A stretch of 64,000 bases of DNA from Perna viridis (lineage: Eukaryota). Location: NCBI GenBank assembly GCA_037379345.1, contig CM074518.1, positions 26,784,001 through 26,848,000 on the forward strand, in the 5' to 3' direction. Numbering within the stretch: position 1 is the first letter of the stretch; every line of letters starts with the position of its first letter. Position numbers and translations under genes: made by a program. The notes beneath the pieces were generated by a model. It was not told the origin of the DNA. It ran no database searches and saw only the letters and a program-made list of their open reading frames with translations. This document shows positions 1 to 12,200 of the stretch, piece by piece.

Positions 1-505
1 AAAGGCCTTATGAAAAAAAATTTGGATGTCTGGACTGGATGTCGCTGGACGTGTTTTTATCTAACACAGCGTTACCCAATTAATAACTATACACATTTTA
101 CCGACAAGAAAAAAAAGGAAAATATCAAAAACAAAAACAAAAAACGGGATAAACGTAATTGGTAAACCAACTTCCTGATACCTCTCTACCGCAAACATAC
201 GCAGTCAGGAGATGCTGGTTATCAGTGTGTTCTTTTGTCGTATGTTACTTTTGGTTCATTTTGAAGAAGTGTCATCGTTTTGTTACTGTGAAATAACATT
301 TTTCTTTTCAAAATAGAATATAATTATCAGCTGCAATAGCTATCGAAAGATGTATAAAAAAACAACTTGACAACGGGACTCGTTACCCGTCATGCTCTCC
401 TAAAATGGGAGTACTTACCGTTTTTTTTTTCGTTTTTTTTTTTCGGTAACTTCAAACTTTATTTCGGCGACGTCACATATCTTTACACGTTATAAGGTTG
501 TAAAT

Positions 506-719
506 GAAACGCTTGGCTTGCTAAGACACTTGTTTCATGTATAGTACGTGAAGCAAAATTAGTGAACGAAAGGCCATGGACACAGTTTTTTCAGTTTCAA
601 ATGAATTCAAAGGAAACGCTTGGCTTGCTAAGACACTTGTTTCATGTATAGTACGTGAAGCAAAATTAGTGAACGAAAGGCCCTGGACACAGTTTTTTCA
701 GTTTCAAATGAATTCAAAG
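506..719. repeat. 107-bp tandem duplication (2 copies)
   Basis: 506-612 and 613-719 are identical except one base (ggccatgg vs ggccctgg). Confidence 0.9.
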
Positions 720-1667
720 ATGTTGGAAAAGGGAATTAAACATACCGAAAAATCAGAAAAAAAAAGTTTTTTTTCAAGAAGAAGGCGATTTACAAATACG
801 TGTAGCATTGTCTAACCATTTTATTTCAGATTGCTATATTTTACGAATGCATTTTCAGTATATTCATTTATTTCATAACACGTATTTGCATCGAACAAAA
901 AAAATCAACAATTAATATATGGATACATTGTCGCTGCATTATTGTACGGTCTAAATGATAAAAATGCTCAATGAACATATATGATGTTTGGTAGGCGTGA
1001 TATTTAATGAAGTCATTGTATTCTTACTGTAGGAGACACCAGCTGACGGTGATAGGAAAACTGGGAAATCTTCTTAGAATTGAGACACTGATTTCATGGA
1101 TTATTTTAAAGTGGATGAATTCCCCGTCATAAAGGAAATAGGACATAGAAATACCGGTGAATTACGAATTACGAATAATTCTGACCTAATCCAATCAGTT
1201 TATTGTATTGCATACCAATTCTAATTATTTTTTTTCTTCCCTCTACTATTCGATTACAGAATACACTATCAAATTATATTAAGACCGCTGTCCGTTCGTC
1301 CGTCACTTCTTTTTAGGGTTGTTTACCAACTACTCATAGCAATCTTGTTGGAAATACATCATAATAACAGCTTTTCATGGCATTTTTTTCACATAGGGTC
1401 TCGGATTTGTTTTCTGACACACAGGGCTTACAAAATGTCAGACATGAAAAAAATGCATTCTACTTGTGTAATGTGCACCTGTCAAACTACTGTAACCACG
1501 TCCACTTCCCCTCTTTTTCAAACCCTTGTCAAAGGCAACTGATATTTCATGGGGCATACTAATTTTTATCATGCAGTTTTCTAAGAAATGGTGTCAGTCT
1601 ATGGTATGGTGTTATCTGTAGCACATAATTTATACCTTATATCAACTGATAATAAGTTGTATTATGA

Positions 1668-1775
1668 AAGAGTAATCGGGAAACAAAGGTTATAGCGGTA
1701 ATCAAAAGAATGTGACCCAGGGACAAAGGCCAGACATAGAAAACAGACATACACAACAAAGAACATAAAGAAGTA
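1668..1775 (-). mobile_element. 3'-end fragment of Penelope-like (Naiad-type) retroelement
   Basis: Reverse complement matches the 3' part of 9463-9738 (...gattaccgctataacctttgtttcccgattactct). Confidence 0.75.
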
Positions 1776-2227
1776 CATATTAAAAAGGGCATCTGAAGTT
1801 CGCGAAATTAAATTTTGACTTGAAAAAACTAAAAAAAGGCAAACTAGTAGTTTGTAGTTCAGCTATGCAAGAGGTCAGTGGGTTTTGAGTTCACTCATCT
1901 ATATATAGGTGTTCCATGTAACCTGACAACGAACCTGAATATCACACAAACTGGCGCACTGGTACGGTGCCAATTGAATTTTATTGTGCTACTTTAAAGA
2001 CAAATTAATATCAGAATGGTGAATTTAAATAAATGAGTATAATTTTGATAATTTACACAACATCAAGCTTGTGTTAAGATACGTTTGAAAACGATCTCGA
2101 TTCTTTCCCTCTATCTTAGCCCTCTGGAACCCACTTTTCAATATCTGTGAATTCACCCTGGTCTGATATATCTCGTGATTTTCTGTCTCCTATTTATTCT
2201 TATGAAGCGCGGTGAATATACATAACT

Positions 2228-2780
2228 CTATAATTCTAATCATAAGATTTTTCATGCTAATAGCCGTTTTTGATTGGTCGAGAACGTCTTTGCCAGAAAG
2301 TTCATCCTTGCACGAACTTCGCCAGATCGTTCATACATTCATGAACGCTTGTCAACTTGAAAGCAATATGGCGGCCGTGTAGTTTGCCAACGACCTAAAC
2401 GGCATGCATGATATAGCCATAAGAAAAGTTTATTACATCCACATTTGTACCAGTACAGTTTGTTTATAGAGAGTAATTTTCAGCTGGGGAAAAAAACTTA
2501 CAAAATCTAACTAAAAGTAAATTCGCGCCAAATTAAATTGTTCCAGAACTAAATCTACAAATACATTTACCCGTTCAATACCAAAAAAAAAAAAAGAAAA
2601 AACCCAAATATTTGAATTATAAGGATTAAACAGCTTTTTCGGTCGTTCAAGCATGTATGAACGGATCTCTTTACTCCCAAACATTATATAAACGGCCTTT
2701 GGCCGTTCATTGAGTTTGGGAGCTCCGAAATTTGTTCATACATGCAAGGACGACAGAAAATAGCTGTTTAATCCTATAAC
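2228..2780. mobile_element. Non-autonomous DNA element ending in a long imperfect palindrome (Crypton-like architecture)
   Basis: ~160-nt imperfect inverted repeat at 2618-2778 (aggattaaacagct...agctgtttaatcct; gcatgtatgaac...gttcatacatgc; ctcccaaac...gtttgggag; aacggcc-ttt-ggccgtt). Family assignment is from recollection only and the left boundary is approximate. Confidence 0.5.
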
Positions 2781-3575
2781 ATTTGATAAACCGTACTTCT
2801 TCAGGGACATTTCCTTTTGTATGGCTCATTGGCAAGACACATCAGAGCAGCTTTCAATCCTTTTTCTTCTTTCTTTTTCTCTTTGTTTTGTTTTTTTTAT
2901 CTTTACGCTCATTTGAGGTATGTCCACAAAAATGTAATAATATACGCGAACCCACTCTTCCCTTACAAATGATTTTAAATTATCGTTCGTCTGACTTTTT
3001 TTTATATATATTTTATTCGTCGAAACAAGACTGGTCATTTATTATAATTGGAGGATATTTCCAAACTTTCTCTTTTTTTCATAAAGAATGCTGCTAAGAC
3101 CATAATCATATTCGCTTAGATTCGCAATTATGCTAAAACAGAGGAGAATTATATGCAGTTTTTACACCCTTTCAGTATATCTGTCAGATGTCTACTACTT
3201 TTCTAAATGCATTCTCGTGTGCATTCATTTTTTTCTTTCTCGTGAACATCTTTTGGTCTCTCTTTTCCGCAAAGGTTATGTTATTTAGTATAATACAGTT
3301 TACGAACGAAATATTCCCGGGAATTTCGATTGCCGTCGAACATTTTTCAGTCAGTGGTCAAAGGGAAATAACTCGCATAGTAACGGCAACGACAACGTTT
3401 TTTCCCCGTAATCCGCTAGGGCGTTCATTTACGTAACTCCTACCTTAAATCAATATATAAATATTTCCATAACCACTGACTGCTACATTGGGCCAACGTC
3501 GTCTTGCCAACGTCAATTAAAACCCAGTGAACCAGCCATCAGCCAAGGTTGGCCCAACGGAGGCATGCTGTCTGG

Positions 3576-3806
3576 GACGGGACATTGACGTCCAATACGG
3601 CTTTTACCCGTCCAGTACGTCATATTGGACTGGTTTAAATCATATTGGTCTAGCGTATTGGACTGGTTAGTCAATAAAGGTATAATTGCATAAGGTTTTC
3701 CATATAATGGCTTAGTTATTGGTCCTCGGCTACGCCTCAGCACAATATGGCTAGCCTAGGATCAATAACTAAACCAATATGGAAAACCTTACGCAATAAT
3801 ACTTTA
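3576..3806. mobile_element. Non-autonomous element fragment with ~130-nt terminal hairpin
   Basis: Inverted repeat at 3676-3805 (taaggttttccatat...atatggaaaacctta; ttagttattggtcct...aggatcaataactaa), preceded by short tattggactgg subrepeats. Confidence 0.5.
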
Positions 3807-4317
3807 GTACTGACGTTATACGCTGGTGCATTCGTTGCATTTCGCCGTATAAGTCTCTTTTTATTGATGACTGCATAATTAGTATATAGACCATAGTCAT
3901 GGTCATTGTAAATCTATCAGGATACCACATATTCACTATAATCATTCTCGTTAAAGTATACATATCAGAACTTATGTTTTAATGAGTTAACCAAATTAAC
4001 AGTTGGTCATGAAAAAGTATAAATGAAACATGTTTCAGTGTTTCTAGCAGACTTTTCAAATTGATAATATTCAATATATACACAAAGTTACTCAATATGC
4101 AAAGATAGTCGTCTTTGACATCTTTTTTTACATTCACTCCCAGCATGTGCAATGTACTTATCTTTCTCAAAAATATATAGCAATTTGAATGTACTTTTTG
4201 ACACTTAATTCAAGTACTGTATAACTTCTTCAATTCATAAATTATTTACCGAAATTTGTCGTGGCACAAAATTCGAGGCTTATTGAACACCGAGGGTTCA
4301 TTTCTCGTATCAAACAT

Positions 4318-4500
4318 GCATGCGTGGATCGAAGGACGGGCATGTTGGGCTTACCTACTAAAATTGTGAGAAAAAGGCATGTTACATGTGTCTGACTTTT
4401 TCACAAATTTTAACCCAAAACAAACTCTCTTTCCTCGCGTCATATAATTCTATTTGCGCCCTCTCCTCAGAAAATGTACCTTAAACCGTGGATCCGCATG
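4318..4500. mobile_element. Short MITE-like element
   Basis: Imperfect terminal inverted repeats catgcgtggatc / ggatccgcatg. Confidence 0.35.
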
Positions 4501-6001
4501 GGGCTACTATTGTGTAGGTCCTTTGACATACTCTTGCAGAACTTGTATCGGTGAGGATTTCCATCTTTTTTAAATTTAAAGCCCATCTTTTATACAAATC
4601 AAAATTGTATTTATTGAATTACATAAATATTTGGTTATAAAGCTACTGATAAAAGGTTACACATTATAACACGTGTACAACATGAAATATTTATATAACT
4701 GCATGTAGTATTTTTGTTTGTGTTCAACATTGTGTGTCAACGTATACAACTACAAGCGAAACAATTTTTTGAATTACTCTGCTTGCTAAAGGATATCTGA
4801 GGATGCTCCTTTTAATTTTGTAGTCATATTAAAGTAAAACTTGACTATTCTGAATCTTCCCACATGAACTCGTTCTGATATGTGTCAAAGTATTCTAGGG
4901 ATATACTCAATAGAGACGTACTTGCATCTGAGGAAGTTCCTTTCAATTTTGTATTCATATTAAAGTACAACTTGCGCGTTTGTAAAATAGAAATTGTAAG
5001 ACTTTAATAGTACTTGTAAACGACAGATTTTCAACATTTAAACAAATGAATAAATATATTCGCAATATCAATGTAACAGTTTGCTCATTCTTTAGTTTGT
5101 TCCTACATATCGAATTACCTTATCCAACTTCATAGATTTTAAAAATATTTGAACATGATATGACCTTGATATACTTTTCATATCACGAACTTCCTCTTTC
5201 TGAAGCTCCGTACAATATCTGCTGTTTTAGAGTCAATCTAGACGCTGCAGCATGTCCTCTAAGAAAATGCAAGAATCTTGCAAACTTTGGAAAATGTGAA
5301 TGATTTTACATTAGACCTTTAATTTGTATTATGTCCGAGAATTGTAAAAAGTCAGTCAGGAGCGGTTGGTAAGAGAGGAAACGATCATCTGCCTCAAATA
5401 ACACAAACTTATTAATTGTTACGACAAAAATTCTAATTTGAAAAGTGATATACCGGATTCAGAATGTGAAACACTATAATTGTATTTTTTTTATATAAAC
5501 CTTGTGCAATGGTTTTAGTGAAACAAAACAAAGCAAGTTAAAAGAATACTTGTGTTGCTGTCCCTGTATTTTCATATATTTATCATCTATTGACGAAGTT
5601 TCCGTTCTTCATATGAATTTCTTATTTTATGCAGGATTTGTATTCAGTGATAATTTCTTGGAGCGTCTGTCAACGTGTCAAAGACTTTTACACCATATTA
5701 ACCTAACAGCTTGTTCGTAAGTTGATATAAGCTGAAGAATCGATATAGTGGACCATCGAGTATCGGTGGAAGCCCTTTTATAAGAAGTTTTTTTTTCGCC
5801 CGGTAGTCTGTCCATCCGTCATATATTATTCTGTCAAAGTGGAGCTACTAATGCAGTATCAAGTAGGATTCATTCACAAGCTTAAAATATTAAAAAACAA
5901 ATGACAAAAATTAACAAAGAAGAATTGTTAATGGAGTTTGTCATTAAATAATAATAATAATAATAATAAGAATTAACATTTCTTAAAAATGACCTGACCT
6001 G

Positions 6002-6756
6002 TACAGAAACCTTGATGTGCCATTTAATGAATAAAGTATATAATGTACGCATCCGTTTCAAATCTTGTGCGCACAAGATACAAAGTTGTGCGCACCAGTT
6101 TCAAATAATTTGCGCACGAGTAACTAACTTACGCGCACGAGTTATTAAATTACGCATGAGATACGTAAATGTGCGTAAAAGTTACAAACTTGCGCACACT
6201 ATAGTTACTAATATGCACGTGGTTACATGTTTGCGGTATTTCCTCTCTTTTGTACAATGCACAAGTCAACAAGTTACCTCGTAAACATTTATTATAACTC
6301 GTGCCCATGTTTGTAACTCGTGCGCACAATATTTTTAACTGGTGTGCTCAAGTAAGTAACTCGTGCGTACAAGCCAGTAACTTGTGTGCGCAAGTTAGTA
6401 ACTCGTGCGCACAAGATATGAAATTCGCGTGCACAAGTTTATATCTCATGCGCGAAAGTTAGTAACTCATGCACACAAGTGAGTACAAGTTAGTTACTCG
6501 TGAGCAGAGGTTAATAATTCGTGCGCACAAGTTAGTACAACATGTAACTCGTGCAAGTTTGTACCTCTTCGTGCGTACAAGTTACATGTAGTTGCTTATA
6601 AGCAGAATGTCAAGTTAATAGTTTGTGCGGACAAGTTAGTACAACATGTAACTCATGTGTGGGTGTTAGTTACTCGTGCGAAGCAGTTTGTATCTCGTGC
6701 GCACAAAATGTAAATTATTGTCTTTGTGTATTAAATGGCAGGTCGGCGCTTCCATA
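6002..6756. mobile_element. Foldback/MITE-like element with inverted arrays of ~20-bp subrepeats
   Basis: TIR core tgccatttaat (6018) / attaaatggca (to 6740). The left arm repeats tgcgcacgagt..aactt and the right arm repeats gtaactcgtgcgcacaagtta. Confidence 0.7.
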
Positions 6757-6886
6757 CTCTCTGTGATGTTTCAAGATTTTTTTTAGTTTTATATAATATC
6801 GGGTTGTATTTGTATATAAAATACTATGATATTCTGTTCATCATAGGAATACATAATTATCTATGTAAATTTATTATTGCTGTCAG

Positions 6887-7149
6887 NNNNNNNNNNNNNN
6901 NNNNNNNNNNNNNNNNNNNNNNNNNNNNNNNNNNNNNNNNNNNNNNNNNNNNNNNNNNNNNNNNNNNNNNNNNNNNNNNNNNNNNNNNNNNNNNNNNNNN
7001 NNNNNNNNNNNNNNNNNNNNNNNNNNNNNNNNNNNNNNNNNNNNNNNNNNNNNNNNNNNNNNNNNNNNNNNNNNNNNNNNNNNNNNNNNNNNNNNNNNNN
7101 NNNNNNNNNNNNNNNNNNNNNNNNNNNNNNNNNNNNNNNNNNNNNNNNN
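6887..7149. other. Assembly gap
   Basis: Run of N. Confidence 1.
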
Positions 7150-7812
7150 TGTACATATGTATTTGCTGGCCAAACTTTATTTAATGTATACTCGAGTTTA
7201 GCCATGAGTCTAGATATACTGGCATTATAACTTTCTTTTCTGAGATGGCTATTACTATTTTTTTTAATAATTCAACATTATTCAATATGCATACTTATGT
7301 GTCATATCTCTTTTGATTTGGATTGATATATATGAAGTTATGGTGTATAATTTTTTTTGGTATTAAGACGTCATTTGCGTCTATTGGTCCGTATAATCGT
7401 AAACAAAATAAGGTCTTGATTTCGTACCAATTCGTGTATTTAGATTTGAATCAATCAGAAATTAAATTTTAAGTAATGCTCCTTATTTTTGAACAGGTTA
7501 TACAAAATAAAATGGTTTGGTCCAAATTAAATTTTTTATCATCAAATATCTAAAATGTAAAGAAGAATAGTACTTCTGCATTAGATTTAGTTTCTGCATG
7601 TTTATATACTTTTATGTTTATTTCCCTGTTATATTATTATGTTTTAATTAGTGCATGCTATGTTATTTTGTGCTTGATTATGTGTATTGCTTTGTGTGTA
7701 TGTGTTCTTGTGTTGTTTTATGTTTTGTTTTTGTTTTATATCTTATCTTATCTTATCTAAATTTTCAAACAAATTTTAAACTATCAGTATGATGTAAAAG
7801 AATATCAGTAAT

Positions 7813-8213
7813 TTAAGTAGCTGTCTTTGAAAGAATCATGCAAAATCAGAAAAATGTGATACACCCTCAAAAAAGGCTACAAATATTTATTTTTGTAATT
7901 AAGTTATTTTATGGGTCTATACTATGAAATGTGTAATTATTCATTCAAATCTCCTGCTCTTAGGAGATAATCAACATTGAAAATCCAGATTCTATTGTAT
8001 TTGAGTGTCATTTACAGAGTTATCTCCCTTAATTTTGAAATATACAGTGCATTCTATATAATTTTTATCTCCTAAGAACACGGGTTATATGAAAAATTGA
8101 ATGTTTATTTCTGTTTACTATGGCAATTAAAACAAAATATCAAAAATGAAAATATGTAGGCTTTTAACCCATGAATCACATTTTGCATGATCCTTAGCTG
8201 GAGTGATACTTAA
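7813..8213 (+). mobile_element. TTAA-bounded MITE, copy 1
   Basis: Starts and ends with TTAA. Subterminal inverted repeat atcatgcaaaat / attttgcatgat. A diverged reverse-complement copy lies at 16941-17343. Confidence 0.65.
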
Positions 8214-9238
8214 TAGAATATCAGTAACTTAAAGCATATAATATATGATGAAATATAATGTACAGTAAAAAACATGGTTTGTTTTAAATCATAAACAAAA
8301 GATATTAGACCTCAACAATTCTACACGAATTACAAATAAATGGGCGGAAGATATTGGCATGTGCTTGTACATGGAAAAGTTGCACAAAATGATGATATAT
8401 TAAATTACGCAAGAAAGTTTTTTTCATGAAATGATGTAATGAGAGAAAAATATTGGCTTTGATATGTATAATATAGGTAACATTTGCATTTATTGGACAT
8501 AGAGTGTTTGACGTACTAGGTATATTTGAGTCATGACAGTGGTTTTGGTAACCTGGACAATTTTGGTGTCCTACTCATATTGTATAAAAGATGCCTACAT
8601 CTTCCATAGTATTTAAACCAACCGGGTTTAATACGAGAATATCGTAGCATACAGGTAAGTTTGTCGAGATTTATTTTTACATTGAAAAAGTAACTGCATC
8701 TGTTAGTTAAGTCTTTGTCCAACTCACCGCTTTATATGACAAGGCCCATGATAAGCTCAAAACTCTTATGTTTGTATTAGTATTACCACGGAAAAACTAT
8801 ATATATATTCAAAAGTCACTACTGGAGGTTTTGGACCAGGGATTATCTGTTTATCGTTTTAAATTTTCTCATGCAAGTGCAGTTTATTTTATGTAATTAA
8901 CTTCTAATACATGTACTTCATTCTGAATCTTGCATAGCTCCTTACATTATGACAACTTATTGGTATGAGTTACCAAAAAACATGATATTTGTTTCGATGG
9001 AAAAATATTATATAATAAACTTCATTTCTTATTCAAAATCCCTTTCCATTTCTCCTGTTATCCTTTTCATAATAGACCGGAGAAGTATCGCCTTCATATA
9101 TATGTCATGTACCGTAATTTTTAACAAACAAAAAGTCAGTGAACTTTAATAATTTTTCAGGATTTATGATATATTCTGTACCAGGATTTTGTGAAATTGT
9201 AGAATAAGGTGCAACATTCCTCCAGATTTACAAAAGCT

Positions 9239-12200
9239 ATGCTTCCAAATTTGATTGTATCAGCTTTGGCTTGTATCTCCATTACATTTTCCTACGATGT
9301 GGACACGATTAAACAGGCCTTAAAAGACGCTGTTGAAAAGAATCGAATCGCCGAAAAAAGTGGACCTATAGATCCTTATCGTCAACGTGAGTCCAAAATT
9401 ATTACATCTTATACAATATCTAGTTTGGAAAAACAATTAACGTGATACAATATTTCGAAAGTCCTTTCCTCGTTTGTCTACCCCGGACTTGACTTTTTAT
9501 GAGCAACTCGGCGGGTGTTTCTAGAAAACCAGAGGACGCTTATCCTACCGGTGCACCTGGTCCATGCTCCCAGTTTTTAGTGGAATCCGAGTTGCTCATT
9601 AACTTTTGTTACTTTGTATGTATGATTTTACTTACTATATGTTCTTTATTGTGTATGTCTGTTTTCTATGTTTGGTCTTTGTCCCTGGATTACATTCTTT
9701 TGATTACCGCTATAACCTTGGTTCCCTTGATTACTCTCTTCTACAAAGATTGATATACATATATGAAATCGTATATTGGACAAGTTTTTGGCATAGTTTT
9801 CAAATATGTGAATGTTCCGTCATAGTTGTCTGAAGGTTTTCAATTTTAATTCGTGCGTGCTAATAATTTTTGTGGTACATGAATGGAGAATCAGGTGAAC
9901 TGTTAAACATCATCAATGTTTAGAAATTGATACTAATTGATAACGATAAAATACATTCATAACATGAAGGAATATTCCGTAGAATTCATTTGTCGTCAGC
10001 TTATATCTAGATTATATGACGGAACACATAGATAAAGATCACAACAATCATATTTTTTTATATAAACAACTGAACAATTCAGTGAATATTAAAGGAAGGA
10101 ACATTATAAATGCTTCCTGTGTTTAAATTCTGGATAAATAATTTACAATGCATGTTTCTTTTCGTTTCAACTCTCGATATCTTTCAGGCTTTCTCATCGT
10201 ACCTTAAATAAAATCTTTTTGATACCGCTGTAGCTATGGTTACTGTAAATTTCAATTTAAGACAAGATTCCATGTTTCAGCCTAGCCGGCATGAATAAAT
10301 AAATAACGTTTTACTATGTATTTTTTTATGGAAAGCCAGAAAGGAAATCATTTTTTTCACCTCCCTTTTTTTCATTACCTTGATCATGTTGTATTAATTT
10401 TACCCTTTTTTATAGTAAGTTCTCAAGTTCTGACTGAAAGATATCTGAGTAAAGAAGGTGATCCTGAAGTCCTTGCTGTTGTTTCAAGAGCTGGTCGTAT
10501 TACTTTAGATTTTACTAAACTTATACAAGAAAGGTTATTTATTCTATATATTCTTTTCTTTTTATTTTATTGGGAACCTTAATATCTGCTTTAATTCATT
10601 TTGAAAAAATCTGTACTCATTCAAGTGTACCATGGTAGGAGAATAGAGTTGAGATATTCAAAAAGTAAGAAATACTGTTAGAATGAATCATGATATTATA
10701 GTACTCATTTTTAAAAATCCATTTTAACTTTTTTCCAGGATGTTGTAAACTGATCAAGTATCATTGGCCCTTATGCATTTTTCTAGAAAGACGAAAGTCG
10801 AAATAGCTTAATTTTCTTATGATTATTAAAAGCGCCATTCTGCATTATAGGACTGGTCTACCGATATTCAGTCCATCGGTGCAGGAAGCACTAGATGTGT
10901 TAAAACCTGACATAAAAGCAGTATGTCCAGTTCTACAAAGGAAACCATGCAATGCTAGTTACCCATATAGAACCCCTGATGGTACATGTAACCATCCAGA
11001 CCCTACTGTTGTAAGAGGCGCAGCGATGACACCACAGCCACGCTTCCTTGATTCACTTTATGAAGACGGAATCAGTAAGTTTTGTTTCTATTTATTATAA
11101 AACATTTGTCTTGACAATTTTGTTTCTTGTAAAAAGCTTAAACGGTTGAACAAATAACAATTATATGCTCTGAGCAGCTTAAAATTCCTATAGACATATT
11201 AGTCAACACTAACGTCAGACGCATTTCATTTCATATCATATTCGGAATTACATTTGTACATGTATGTAACAAAAGAACAGTTTTAATCGAATGTTTCAGT
11301 TATTCATACATATATATTTTTAAAACTATAGGATAGCTAACACCGTAGGGTAGATTTCAGACCCTTAAATGCTTACGTTATCTTCTTTGTATCAAGAATG
11401 GTCCGATGGAACAGTATAACGAATTCAGTTGTTAACATTCTGAGACTTACATATTAGATTGTTTAAATATAGATGCACCAAGGTCAACAGGAAAGAATGG
11501 TTATCCATTGAGCAGTCCAAGGATGATATCTAATGTTGTTTTAAGCACAACACCAGAGTTTAGGTCTCCATTTAGTGACAGATTTACAGTCACTTTAACG
11601 CACTATGGACAGTTCATAGACCACGACATCATATTTACGCCAGATGCAACAAGAGCAGATCCCTATAGTAAGTGTATGTTTATTACAACAGGTTTGTACT
11701 GTAGTTTTTTGTTGAGTAGTGTGAAAGAAAGTAGAAATTGATGACAGAAAAATAATGCTTTTGAAATTGAGATGTGCAAATTAGATAAGAACCCCACCCG
11801 AAAAATAACTGATTAAAAATGTTTAAACGCACCAATATGTCGACTTAAAAGACGTAATATAACCGAAATTAATGTATTTGTCTTAATAATCATCCAAGGA
11901 ATAAAAAAAATAAAATCATTGTTATTTGTTTAACTTATAGACCCATATACTGAAGAGTTGATTGAAGATTGTGACAAGGACTGCTGTAATCATACAGAGT
12001 GAGTAACACCACAGAGATAAATACTAACGTGCAACTGCCAGTGAAGAGAAACATGACTTTATGCTTTAATTAGAAAATAATTGTTTTGTATTATCCATTT
12101 CATGAGACATTTATTTTGTATTATGGACTACAAACGCACAATTCAATCCATGTAAAATTATTCTACCCACTGTTTTACACTTTTACTGTGAAAGTGTAAC

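Noticed and set aside
6050-6710. Regularly spaced short repeats resembling a CRISPR array
   Set aside because: The units are degenerate and contiguous with no unique spacers, there are no cas genes, and the context is eukaryotic.
6735-7230. Long ORFs across N-runs (also at 42232-42468 and 51114-51463)
   Set aside because: Artefacts of assembly gaps.
9499-9833. Recurrent small hydrophobic ORFs (CLVFVPGLHSFDYR; also at 34741, 36366, 61536, 61591)
   Set aside because: Translations of the T-rich retroelement 3' UTR, with frames not preserved between copies.
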